A DNA stretch of 50,788 nucleotides from Armatimonadota bacterium (lineage in GTDB: Bacteria; Armatimonadota; UBA5829; DTLH01): assembly GCA_016190935.1 (NCBI GenBank), contig JACPPP010000169.1:1-50788 (forward strand). The letters run 5' to 3'. How positions within the stretch are numbered: position 1 is the stretch's first letter; every line of letters starts with the position of its first letter. A model generated the notes under the pieces. That model saw only the letters and a program-made list of their open reading frames with translations. It had not been told where the DNA came from and did not search any database. Positions 18,342 to 27,746 of the stretch are shown here, one piece after another. Made by a program: the position numbers and the translations under genes.

Positions 18342-21016
18342 GGTTCGCACCTCTGGAACTCCGAGTTACCCTGCAGTCTTGAGACCCGGTTCCGGCCTTT
18401 AGTCGCCAGCCGGTAAGTCTTCCCTCGTTGGGTGTCAAACTCGGTCACGCCATCCTTGTAGGAACTTTGAACCTCTCTGCCATTCTGCGTAACCACCAGC
18501 TCCCCTGCGGGATTAAATGATTTCACCCGGCATCGTTCACCCCACAGAGACTTGAGCGTTGCCTCGACGAGTCGCCTGTCTTTCCAACTCATGCCAACTT
18601 CAAACCCGCCCCTGCTTCGGAAGCCTCTGATCTGTCCATCGCCCAGTTCCTTGGGTAGCGCAGGAAGCAGGCGCAGCAGACCTCGACGGTCCTGGAAGAA
18701 CAGTTCACTGACGGCCCCTACTGCCGCGATGTTCGACTCGATCTGCCACAGCCTCTTCTCCTTGAAGAGCTCGTAACTCGGCGAGCCTGGGCGCCAGCCG
18801 CAGAGACTGGAAAAAAGGTTCTGCATAATATGGTCAGCGATGTAGAGGTTGATCTGCTTTATGGCCTCCTCCGGCTCGTAAAGCCGGGCGTGAAGCTGGG
18901 CATCCCAGACCATGGAGAACGCCATTCCGCTGTTCATCCCTGCGGCATGCCGCTTAGCCAGGGCTTTGCGCGCGCCCTCAAGGTATTCAGGTGTGTCCTC
19001 AAGCGTGATACGATCACCAGAACACAAGCCGATCAAATGGGAACGGTGCCTATGGCCTGGGTCTGCTTCCGGATACTCCTCCGTCCACTCAAGAAGCCGG
19101 CCGTCCGGGGCCAGCACCGGCATCGGCACCCTTTGGAGTATCTCAGACCAGACCTTGCGCTTGTCCGCGTCCACGTTCAGTGCCTTGCTAGAGGTTATGG
19201 CGTTCGAGAATACCTCATGTATAAGCTCCAGATCCCAGGTAGCCGCTGTAGCAAGCACATTGAAGCTTGCCCACCAGCGGCCCGAAAAGACTTTGGATTT
19301 GCGTCCGGCAATGGCCATCTCAGGAGAACAGCTCGGACAGGGAACCAACCGGCCTCCCTTCGTCTCTAACAGGTTATCCTCGTAGAATAAGGCAATCTCC
19401 TTGAGGAATGGATACATCTTGTTCTTCAGGAAATCAAGATCGTGAGTGTATTCCCAGTGGCGCCAGAGAAGCTGGGCTATCCAGGCTGCAGCGCCGGTTG
19501 CGAACATACAGTTGCCGTCTGGTCCGCCGATGTCTCTCAGCCCACAGACAATGTTGAAGAACACGCCCCGGCACCCGTAGCGGTCCATCGCGGCAATTCG
19601 CGCCTTAGGCATCATACTAATAACCCAGTCAGCAAGCGGCTCTTTCAGATCGGAGAGATTCACCATGCTGAGCGGCCAATAGGACATCTCAGCGTTCAGG
19701 TCGAAGTGAAGGTCACAATCCCAGGCAGGTCGGCGGTCCTGGTTCCAGATGCCCTGAAGCGTTATTGGACATTTCGGCGGCTCTCCAGCGGGCGCCGGCC
19801 GACCACTTGTGATTGCCAGGTAACGGCCGATGTTGAATAGTTGTTCGACCAAAAGCGCTGAGGCAGCCCCGGTCTTGTGAGCTTGTTCAACTAACTCATC
19901 GGTGGGAATCGGCTCCTGGGCTTTGCCCAGCGATAGCTCCGACCTGCGATAATACCGCTGATGATCCTTTATATGCTCCCTTCGCAGCCTCCCGTAGTCT
20001 GTTGGGGTAGCATTAAGCCTCCTGCGACACCATCCCGCAGGATCATCTCTTGACTCATCATCGGTCGCTATACTGAGCAGAAAGATTATCTCATCCGCCC
20101 CCTCAAAACGGTTTGAGACTCCCGCAGGTTCGGTTGAGCGAGGCTCACCCCAAGCGTGAAGTAGGAATGTGTTGGGCGGGTCCTTAGCTGGCATCTTGCC
20201 GGGCGGAGGCTGATAGATGCTGCGCCCTACACTGACCCTTCCCCCCTTGTTGATCACCCGAAGTACAGATGCGAATCTTATACCCTCCTCCAACCGCCCT
20301 TTCATAACAACTTCTCCAGGAGTCGCGCTCCCTGTCATCACACAGTCTGGATCGAGCAGTCGGGAGAGAGTGATCTCTCCTGTCAGCTTACCTCGCCTGT
20401 TTGCCCTCAGCCGTGTTACCAGCACCTGCGCAGACCAAGAAACAAATGACTCCCGATCGTACCTTACACCGTCCACAATGTAAGATGCATTCGCGATCCC
20501 GGTATCCAGGTCCAGGCTCCGATAGTAGTCAGTAATCTCGCTGTTTTCATTATGTGCCGGATAAATGCCTAGGTCACCTACTGGAACCATAGGGTTAATG
20601 CCGGCAGACTCAAGGTCGAGCTTTAATCCCTGGGCTGCCGCCTGGGTCAGGCATTTCATCAGCATCAAGTCTTGGGCCTCGTCCCATTTGTCCTCAGCAC
20701 AAAGCCGACGGAACTCAGGCATAAGAGATGCGGTGTTGTATTTGCGATAAGAGTAGTACTTTCGCCATAGACGGTCGTGGTTCAGCCCGATCCGCTCGCG
20801 CAGAGGGCCGCCAAGGACCATCCCGCCGATGCGCCCATTGCCGATGGGGTAACCCAAAACCCACTCACCTGCAGGCTTCCGGCTCCAAACCACGTGCCCA
20901 CTCAATGCCTTCTTGCGATCCGGCTGGACCCTGGCGGCGTCCGTCACGGAACATAGCGCCATGACCGACAAAGCCATTGCTGCTACGATTGCATGGAATG
21001 CTGGCTGTTTTCTCAT
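18338..21016 (-). CDS. Secreted GH95 family (alpha-L-fucosidase-like) hydrolase
   Basis: YPIGNGRIGGMV, YYRSLDLDTG, LQGIWN, SPE, HRHxSHL, LLPALP, RGGFEV. Confidence 0.9.
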   Translation of the reverse strand: MRKQPAFHAIVAAMALSVMALCSVTDAARVQPDRKKALSGHVVWSRKPAGEWVLGYPIGNGRIGGMVLGGPLRERIGLNHDRLWRKYYSYRKYNTASLMPEFRRLCAEDKWDEAQDLMLMKCLTQAAAQGLKLDLESAGINPMVPVGDLGIYPAHNENSEITDYYRSLDLDTGIANASYIVDGVRYDRESFVSWSAQVLVTRLRANRRGKLTGEITLSRLLDPDCVMTGSATPGEVVMKGRLEEGIRFASVLRVINKGGRVSVGRSIYQPPPGKMPAKDPPNTFLLHAWGEPRSTEPAGVSNRFEGADEIIFLLSIATDDESRDDPAGWCRRRLNATPTDYGRLRREHIKDHQRYYRRSELSLGKAQEPIPTDELVEQAHKTGAASALLVEQLFNIGRYLAITSGRPAPAGEPPKCPITLQGIWNQDRRPAWDCDLHFDLNAEMSYWPLSMVNLSDLKEPLADWVISMMPKARIAAMDRYGCRGVFFNIVCGLRDIGGPDGNCMFATGAAAWIAQLLWRHWEYTHDLDFLKNKMYPFLKEIALFYEDNLLETKGGRLVPCPSCSPEMAIAGRKSKVFSGRWWASFNVLATAATWDLELIHEVFSNAITSSKALNVDADKRKVWSEILQRVPMPVLAPDGRLLEWTEEYPEADPGHRHRSHLIGLCSGDRITLEDTPEYLEGARKALAKRHAAGMNSGMAFSMVWDAQLHARLYEPEEAIKQINLYIADHIMQNLFSSLCGWRPGSPSYELFKEKRLWQIESNIAAVGAVSELFFQDRRGLLRLLPALPKELGDGQIRGFRSRGGFEVGMSWKDRRLVEATLKSLWGERCRVKSFNPAGELVVTQNGREVQSSYKDGVTEFDTQRGKTYRLATKGRNRVSRLQGNSEFQRCEP

Positions 21017-21019
21017 CTT

Positions 21020-23236
21020 TTAATCCTCATTATCCCTGGCTGATGCCGCTTTGACTTGAGATTTGTCCCTTTCTGCAGACGCCTCACTTTTTCGGTTGTG
21101 TCTGACCCCAACCTGTCTCAGATCTACAGGCTCAAATCCCATTTTCAAGGCGGGAGATTCAGCCTTCAGCCGGTAGTTGTCGCGTTTCGGATCGACAAAC
21201 ATCGGGTCCGTCGTCAACGAGTGCCCATCATATCCTAGATTCTGCCACTGCCCAAACTCAGAATAATCTCCGTTCTTCCTGAAAAGAAGATTGTAGTCTG
21301 ACTCCGCAACCACTCTCTTTCTGCTTTCCGGGGTGCGGAAAATACCCGCATCAGAGTGGAACTTGATCGTAAAAGTATCTGCTCCGGCGTCGTTGTAGAT
21401 GATGTTCTTGAGGATGCGGTTCTCTGCAACATATTGATACACTCGCTCATCATCAAGGTGCGGAGGAACTCCGAAGGATATCTGATTCCAGCAGTTTACG
21501 AATATGTTATTCTCAACTGTGTTTCTTCTACCAGCGTTGGTCCAGAACCCGTATCCTGCCCGCGCCACGATATTCCCATACACTTTGCAGTTTGCGCTCA
21601 GGTCGTCAAGATAGATTGCGAAGGTCCAGTGATTGGGCGTGACGCACTTGTCCCCTTCCACACGACACCCAGGGACATCAGCTATAAGATTGTGCCGGAT
21701 GATATGGCCTGCCATCTCCGGTATGTCCGACAAGTCTATTACAACGCCCGTATAGGTGTCCACCCGGCAGACAATTGCTCCGACCTCGTTGCCTTCCAGA
21801 CCCGCCCGTCTGATTTCGTTGTATTCGATGACATATCGGCTGAAGGGGTTGGCGACGTGTATGGCCCCAGTAGGTATATCGTGAATGTAGTTATGAGCTA
21901 TGAGGTTATCACCTCCGAAAGATTTTTCACCAACATTCAGGTATCGAACAGTTATCGGGTGAGCGTACTTGTTGAAGGCCCCGCAGTGGTAAATGTGGTT
22001 GTCCACAATCTGGTTGGAACGTAGGCGACCGCCAGCGTCGATTGCCTCATTCCCCGCGTAGCTAAATTCGTTATGCTGAATTACGTTCCACGAACTCTCG
22101 CCGTCCTTGGTGCCGATGAGGCTTAACGCATTGTTTCCAACAGCATGGAAATGGTTATCGCGGATGGTAACATGCTCGACACCCTCCAGACGCATCGCAT
22201 CACCGCCTGATGTCTCCGTGAACGTTATCCCGGAGATGGTGAGCCATTTTGTTCCGCACACTGTCATCAGAGTGCCTAGAGCCGGAGCGATAACTTCTCC
22301 ACCGTCGCCTAAACCAGTGGGCGGCCAGAAGTATGCTTTCCCTTCCTCCCAGTCCAGGCACCATTCGCCCGGCTGGTCCAACTCCTCCAGAGCATTCTCC
22401 ACCCGGAACCGGTTTATCGACGTGAAACCTAAATGTTCGTGTTCGCCCATGGAGTATCTAGCGTGAACGATAAGATTGTCATAATCTATAGACTTGATCG
22501 CAATGATATCCGAGCCCCATCCTGCCCCAGCGCCGACATAGAAGTAGACCTCAGCCAAACTGGGCTTTGACAGGCGCTTCTTGAATAAGCCGGCTCCGTA
22601 TTTGAAAGCATCAGACCCCGCTGAGCCCCGCATGTACGCCCAGCCCCCATAAAGCGGGTTGTCGGGGTCGAAGTTGGGAGTGCGAGCCCGAATCTGCTCC
22701 TTTCCATTAAAAAAGAGTTGTCTGAACCTCCATTTGCCATCTTTTGCCGCAGGCAGGTCGGCCTCCAAAATCTTGCCCTGATAAGGCTTCCATCCGGTAA
22801 TCTTTCTTCCACCACTCAAAACAGGCTTCTCGCCTGAGTAAGCGGTCCAAACAATAGGAAGGTCCGGGGTACCGCTGTCTTGCTTGTCGAGAAGAAGAGG
22901 CTCCGCAAGGAAGTATTTGCCTCCTCGAACCACTATCTTGATCGGCTCCTTGGAATTCATTTGCGTCTGTCTTAGATCTCGCACTGCGTCCCGCGCCTGT
23001 GCCAGCGTAGCGAAGGGGCCATCCGTACTTGTCGCATTTGGAGCCGCAATCTTGCCTGACCATGTGTCACTGCCGTCTATGGAAACGTAGAAGGTGATGT
23101 CTTTCCCCTGTTTGGCTAACGCATGGGCTTCAGATGGAAACATGAGCAACGATGCAACCACAGAAACAGCGGTTAACGCATGGAATCTTTTCCTTTTCAA
23201 GGCCACGCATTGGCGGCCACATAACGTCCAACCCAT
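21020..23236 (-). CDS. Secreted right-handed beta-helix protein, GH141-like
   Basis: FYVS..G.D.WSG...DGPFATL..ARDAVR, GEKPVLSGG, ENALEELDQPGEW, AIYLDD, parallel beta-helix repeats, DPMFVDP..DNYRL..ESPA. Confidence 0.8.
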   Translation of the reverse strand: MGWTLCGRQCVALKRKRFHALTAVSVVASLLMFPSEAHALAKQGKDITFYVSIDGSDTWSGKIAAPNATSTDGPFATLAQARDAVRDLRQTQMNSKEPIKIVVRGGKYFLAEPLLLDKQDSGTPDLPIVWTAYSGEKPVLSGGRKITGWKPYQGKILEADLPAAKDGKWRFRQLFFNGKEQIRARTPNFDPDNPLYGGWAYMRGSAGSDAFKYGAGLFKKRLSKPSLAEVYFYVGAGAGWGSDIIAIKSIDYDNLIVHARYSMGEHEHLGFTSINRFRVENALEELDQPGEWCLDWEEGKAYFWPPTGLGDGGEVIAPALGTLMTVCGTKWLTISGITFTETSGGDAMRLEGVEHVTIRDNHFHAVGNNALSLIGTKDGESSWNVIQHNEFSYAGNEAIDAGGRLRSNQIVDNHIYHCGAFNKYAHPITVRYLNVGEKSFGGDNLIAHNYIHDIPTGAIHVANPFSRYVIEYNEIRRAGLEGNEVGAIVCRVDTYTGVVIDLSDIPEMAGHIIRHNLIADVPGCRVEGDKCVTPNHWTFAIYLDDLSANCKVYGNIVARAGYGFWTNAGRRNTVENNIFVNCWNQISFGVPPHLDDERVYQYVAENRILKNIIYNDAGADTFTIKFHSDAGIFRTPESRKRVVAESDYNLLFRKNGDYSEFGQWQNLGYDGHSLTTDPMFVDPKRDNYRLKAESPALKMGFEPVDLRQVGVRHNRKSEASAERDKSQVKAASARDNED

Positions 23237-23261
23237 AGAAATCCTCCTTCTAACAGGGAGC

Positions 23262-23277
23262 GAATGTTACAACATTC
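23262..23277. promoter_or_regulatory. Putative repressor operator GAATGTTACAACATTC
   Basis: Near-perfect palindrome about 25 bp upstream of the GH141-like start; a second copy lies at 42955-42968. Confidence 0.6.
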
Positions 23278-24674
23278 CGTCTGCGTGCCAGACTGTACTA
23301 TGTGCTTTAGAACCGGAATACTTTCCAGCCTGAATCATTCTGTACACCAGTCCTCCGGGCTTGATTGGGCCGCTTGGATCCTGGCCAAGCAAAGCGGCAG
23401 GTACCCCCCCATAAACCCATGTTCTGGTAGTAGTCTGTACCGTGGGACCGCTCTCCGGTGTCCTCTCTCCCGCTAAAGACATTTGCTCCATCCGAGGTGT
23501 AGCCCCACCTGCAGGAATATACGTCCAGGCATTCCTTGACCAGGTCAAGCCCGAACTCCTTCTGACCTTCATACATATAGGCGCTTCTGACTGAAATTGC
23601 GCGCGAAACGCAATCAAATTTCTTCAGAAGACATACAACGCAATTTCAGTCAGAAGGGCAGCGCGGCGAAGCCCGTAATCTTTGGTTCCGGCTCCGCCGG
23701 GTTGGGCTAAAGTCCAGAGCAGCAGACGCGCCACCGTCATCACGAGTCGGCCGCGGCAACTTCTGCTCAATTCGCTCCACTTCCTGCCATCAGCGCCAAG
23801 CTCCCCGCCGAATCTCGGTCTCTCGCCGCCGATTGCCCCCAGCACATAGCTCATCTTCCAGTCAACATCCGACACCAATGTGCCCGCCAGCTTCCTCTTC
23901 TCTATCTCCTTTCGCACTATCTTATGCTTGGGCATGTTGTGTAGCAGCCTTGCGTAGCCGGGGCGCGTTTGGATCCATGCGGCTCTTGTGCTCCTCAAAG
24001 TCGGGAAAGCTAAAAGCAACGGTGCCAGACTGGTTTGACAGTGTGGTGTCTTGGAGGTGTGCTTCAAAGACTGCTCCGGGAGTGTCCGAGACGCGTGTAT
24101 CACCAGGTATGAACGGAGACCAGGCTCTAAGTGCAACAGATACCGGGGCATCGGTCTGATACTGAATGTCCACAACTGGATAGTGTCCCCAGTAGTCGAT
24201 GGACTTAGCCATCTCCACGCGTTCCAGCATCAGGTTCGGCCCCAGCGGCGGAACCCAGTCCCTGGTCATCCCCAAGACGCTGCCACCACGGCCTCCATCG
24301 TATTGTTTCGTCTCGCCTGTGGTGAGCACCCAGGTCTTACCGCCTGTGCTGATGCCGAGTATAGGTAGGTTTATGGGGCCACGTCTTGGAACGTGACTGT
24401 TGAAGACTGTAGAGTAGCCGAGCAAGCCGCTTGTCTCCAGGTCGATACAACCTACATCGATTCCGCCAAGCGCGACTCCACAAATGACCTTGTCCTTGAG
24501 ACGATAGATCATCCCGCTGACCGGCCTGGAGAAACCGTCTGCTCGGAATTCCACCCACTCCTTCCCTGGCAGGTCTCTCGGGAAGAGTTCCTGCGGGGTT
24601 GCCTGGCCGCTCGACAGACATCCTGCTGACAGTAGCGCAGTCGCCACGACCAACTCGAAAGCCGATCTAACCAA
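23267..24674 (-). pseudogene. GH116-like pseudogene with frameshifts and an internal deletion of about 1.27 kb
   Basis: Homology to the paralogs is split across frames (shifts near 23960, 23760 and 23405). It jumps from ALDFS (~23706) to AYMYEGQKEF (23580). Confidence 0.88.
23581..23659. mobile_element. MITE-like element with 18-bp perfect terminal inverted repeats
   Basis: cttctgactgaaattgcg (23584-23601) / cgcaatttcagtcagaag (23639-23656); extends to 21 bp with one mismatch. Confidence 0.75.
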
Positions 24675-24712
24675 CTTGAAACCTCCATCTAGTGTTCGGC
24701 GATTTACTGAAC

Positions 24713-27139
24713 CTATTTCCTTTGCGCGGCGTGCAGAATCCTGTCAACAAGCCCACCGGGCTTGACGGGCGCGCTCAAGTCTTTCCCCTCAATTGCCGCA
24801 GGTAAAGACCACAGCATCATACAGACGTAGTAGTCGGTAGCTACTCCCTCGCCATTGTTCACCCATCCTTTGGTCCTAACAGGCATGTCCCAGGCATACC
24901 CCTGGTCTAAGATTATATTCTTGAAGACCTCGTGGGCCAGATCCATCCCTGCATCCTGCTGTCCCTCATACATATAGAGCATAGACAGCATAAGCGCGAA
25001 TGGTATTACACAGCTATATTCCCCGTACCCTACCCCCTTTGCATAACCCCCGTCAGGAGTGGCAAAATCCATAACACCTCCAGTGCCAAGAGGCAGGTTG
25101 CACCTCTTCACCGTATCAAGCACAGTCTTCACCCTGTCCCTCTGGAATACCCCGGGCAGACTGTGGAAGTGCGTTATCCACTCCCCATCTAACTGGTAAG
25201 CAAACACTAGCTCACTCCTCTTTCCACTCTCCGGCTCCCAGAATAGCAGATAGTGGCTCCCGAGCCACGTCTTCGTCTCAAGAGACTTCTGCGCTGCCGC
25301 GATCCATTCATCACATTGCCTTGCGAACTTCTCATCTTCTGCCTTCTCAGCCATCCTCCTTGCTATCCGCAACTGCGCCATATGCACTCCCCCAACGTGC
25401 GGTACCATCCCCCACCAACCTGGATCCCGCGGCTCAAACCAGTGCGCCGACAGACCTTCCGTCTCGCGGTTTCCGGTCGGCATGCTGATGATCCGATCCC
25501 CAAGCTCATACTCGGGTCGTAGGTTAACGGTGAAGATGGCGTTATTCTTCACCGAATCATAGAACTCTCTGTTGAACTTCTCGTCACCCCAGCACATAGC
25601 ATACCGATCGACCATGGCTGTGTAGCAAGCGCCATTAAGAGTGGTCTGAACCCCCGTGTTCGAGTTTGCGAAGTCCCATCCACCGCCGAAATTCCAGGGA
25701 ACGTCATCATTTCTCGAGTAACCCTTGTAGCCCCGCAGCGTTGACAGGGCCAGGTCCCGGAACAGATAGACCAGAGCAATATTGCCACAGAAGCTGGCCG
25801 GGATGCACTCGATCTGTGGACAGTCACGAGGGCTTTCGTTCATCCCAAACAACCCATCCTTTGGACGCACCCACGCCGGCATTGGAGGCTTTGCCTGTGC
25901 CCACACTCCACATTCTGTGAACATATACAGGATGTTGACCAGGCTGTCTTTGAGCCAGACCGGCAGCTTTGTTTCCGAGTAAACCTCCTGTTGCCAGGCA
26001 ATAACCCGCTTCAGTAGCGACTTGTGATTCTTTGCCAGCATCTGCGCAGTTTGTGCCGCAGAGGGATAATGCCTGGCATACATATGGGTGTATATATGGG
26101 GCGAGAAGTTCAACCCGGTGGTAGACCAGTTATAACCTCCTCCCTTCCAGGTCGGAGCATACCAACTCAGGACGAACCTCACTACCTTCTCCTTGCCTGC
26201 ACCAAGTGAGAAGTCCACAGCAGCAGATGACCCTGCCTGGTTCAACTGGGCCTGAGGCAGGGATAGAGCTATCTTAGCCCAACCTGCTCCATCGGCCCCA
26301 AGCTCTCCGCCAACTCGAAGGTTCTCCTTGCCGATTACCCCCAGTGCATATGAGGCCAACTCTGTGGTTACCTCTACACCATTGAATCCACCTTTAACCT
26401 CTCGCCTGGAGAACTGGTCGGTCCCAGCTTCCTTCACTGTGGGACCGGGAAATGAGAAGGCTATGGTTCCCTGCTGAGGGGATCCGCTCGTGTTCCTCAG
26501 CCGCACCTCAAATACAGCCCCAGGTATCATAGAATCTACCACATCACCAGGCAGGAAAGGAGCCCAAGCACGCAGCCCCACACTCACTGGAGCATCGGTA
26601 TCGAACTCTACGTCGGCTATTGGATAGTGCCCAAAATAGTGGATCTCCTTGGCTGTCTGAACTCCTTCCAGCTTCAGGTCCATAATCAAGGGATTTACAA
26701 AGTCCGGATACAGACCCTTTGTGTAGATCGTGTTGCGAAGCTGGTAATCCCCCTTCTCCTGCTTCGGCTGCTTATCGCAGAGGACCCAGGTCTTGCCGCC
26801 CACCGAAAGACCCAGGATCGGAACGTTCAATGGGCCGCGCCGAGGGCTGTTGGTGTTGAACAGGCTACAGTAACCAAGCAGCCCGCTCGTCTCCAAGTCT
26901 ATGCACCCAGTATCGATCCCACCCAATGGCATCCCACAAGTGGTGGGCTTGGCCAGCCGATAGATAACCCCACAGGCGGGTTTGGAGAAACCTGCCGCGC
27001 CAAAACTGACGCACGTCCTGCCCGGTAGGTCGGTGGGGAACAACGTGTTGGGCTTTGCAGCGCACAAGCCCGCGCCGTGACCGATCAGAAACACCATTAT
27101 GGCCGACAATACCATGAAGCTCATCTTGCCCGTTTTCAT
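24713..27139 (-). CDS. Secreted GH116-like glycoside hydrolase (subtype B)
   Basis: Signal peptide; GMPLGGIDTG, HYPIADVEF, NESPRDCPQIECIP, QLDGEW; close paralog of 40397-42877. Confidence 0.85.
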   Translation of the reverse strand: MKTGKMSFMVLSAIMVFLIGHGAGLCAAKPNTLFPTDLPGRTCVSFGAAGFSKPACGVIYRLAKPTTCGMPLGGIDTGCIDLETSGLLGYCSLFNTNSPRRGPLNVPILGLSVGGKTWVLCDKQPKQEKGDYQLRNTIYTKGLYPDFVNPLIMDLKLEGVQTAKEIHYFGHYPIADVEFDTDAPVSVGLRAWAPFLPGDVVDSMIPGAVFEVRLRNTSGSPQQGTIAFSFPGPTVKEAGTDQFSRREVKGGFNGVEVTTELASYALGVIGKENLRVGGELGADGAGWAKIALSLPQAQLNQAGSSAAVDFSLGAGKEKVVRFVLSWYAPTWKGGGYNWSTTGLNFSPHIYTHMYARHYPSAAQTAQMLAKNHKSLLKRVIAWQQEVYSETKLPVWLKDSLVNILYMFTECGVWAQAKPPMPAWVRPKDGLFGMNESPRDCPQIECIPASFCGNIALVYLFRDLALSTLRGYKGYSRNDDVPWNFGGGWDFANSNTGVQTTLNGACYTAMVDRYAMCWGDEKFNREFYDSVKNNAIFTVNLRPEYELGDRIISMPTGNRETEGLSAHWFEPRDPGWWGMVPHVGGVHMAQLRIARRMAEKAEDEKFARQCDEWIAAAQKSLETKTWLGSHYLLFWEPESGKRSELVFAYQLDGEWITHFHSLPGVFQRDRVKTVLDTVKRCNLPLGTGGVMDFATPDGGYAKGVGYGEYSCVIPFALMLSMLYMYEGQQDAGMDLAHEVFKNIILDQGYAWDMPVRTKGWVNNGEGVATDYYVCMMLWSLPAAIEGKDLSAPVKPGGLVDRILHAAQRK

Positions 27140-27237
27140 TCTTGCACTCCTTCTTTATGTTTCACATAAGACTTGTGTTGGGAATTAGTCCGCACATTTG
27201 ATCAGGTAAGTCTCGCCGCGCTTCACCGGAAGCCTGA

Positions 27238-27720
27238 TCACCTAGCGTGAACGATAAGATTGTCATAATCTGTAGACAGGTCGGCCGCCAGAATCTTGCC
27301 CTGATAAGGCTTCCATCCGGTGATCTTTTTCCCACCGCTCAAAACAGGCTTCTCGCCCGAGTAAGCGGTCCAGATAATAGGAAAACCTTCGCTGCCGCTG
27401 TCTCGCTTATCGAGAAGAAGAGGCTCCGCAAGGAAGTATTTGCCTCCTCGAACCACTATCTTGACCGGCTCCTTGGAATTCATTTGCGTCTGTCTTAGAG
27501 CTCGCACTGCGTCCCGCGCCTGTGCCGGCGTGGCGAATGGGCCGTCCGTCTTTGTCGCATTTGGAGCCGCAATCTTGCCTGACCATGTGTCACTGCCGTC
27601 TATGGAAACGTAGAAGGTGATGTCTTTCCCCTGTTTGGCTAACACTTGGGCTTGAGATGTCGCAACAATGGAAAGTATCACTATCCATTTGCTCAGCAAC
27701 TGCACTTTCGGTTTTGCCAT
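27238..27720 (-). pseudogene. Truncated recent duplicate of the GH141-like gene N-terminus
   Basis: Near-identical DNA to 22755-23135 and 22458-22493, with the intervening 261 bp deleted in frame; stop codon after HAR. Confidence 0.85.
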
Positions 27721-27746
27721 AGTCCTCCGGGCCTTTCTATCAAGAG

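Noticed and set aside
23404-23410. G7 tract as a phase-variation switch
   Set aside because: The gene is already inactivated by a large deletion and other frameshifts.
22458-27720. Near-identical GH141-like segments as a DGR template/variable repeat pair
   Set aside because: Mismatches are mixed and largely at third codon positions rather than adenine-specific, the repeat is N-terminal, and no reverse transcriptase is present.
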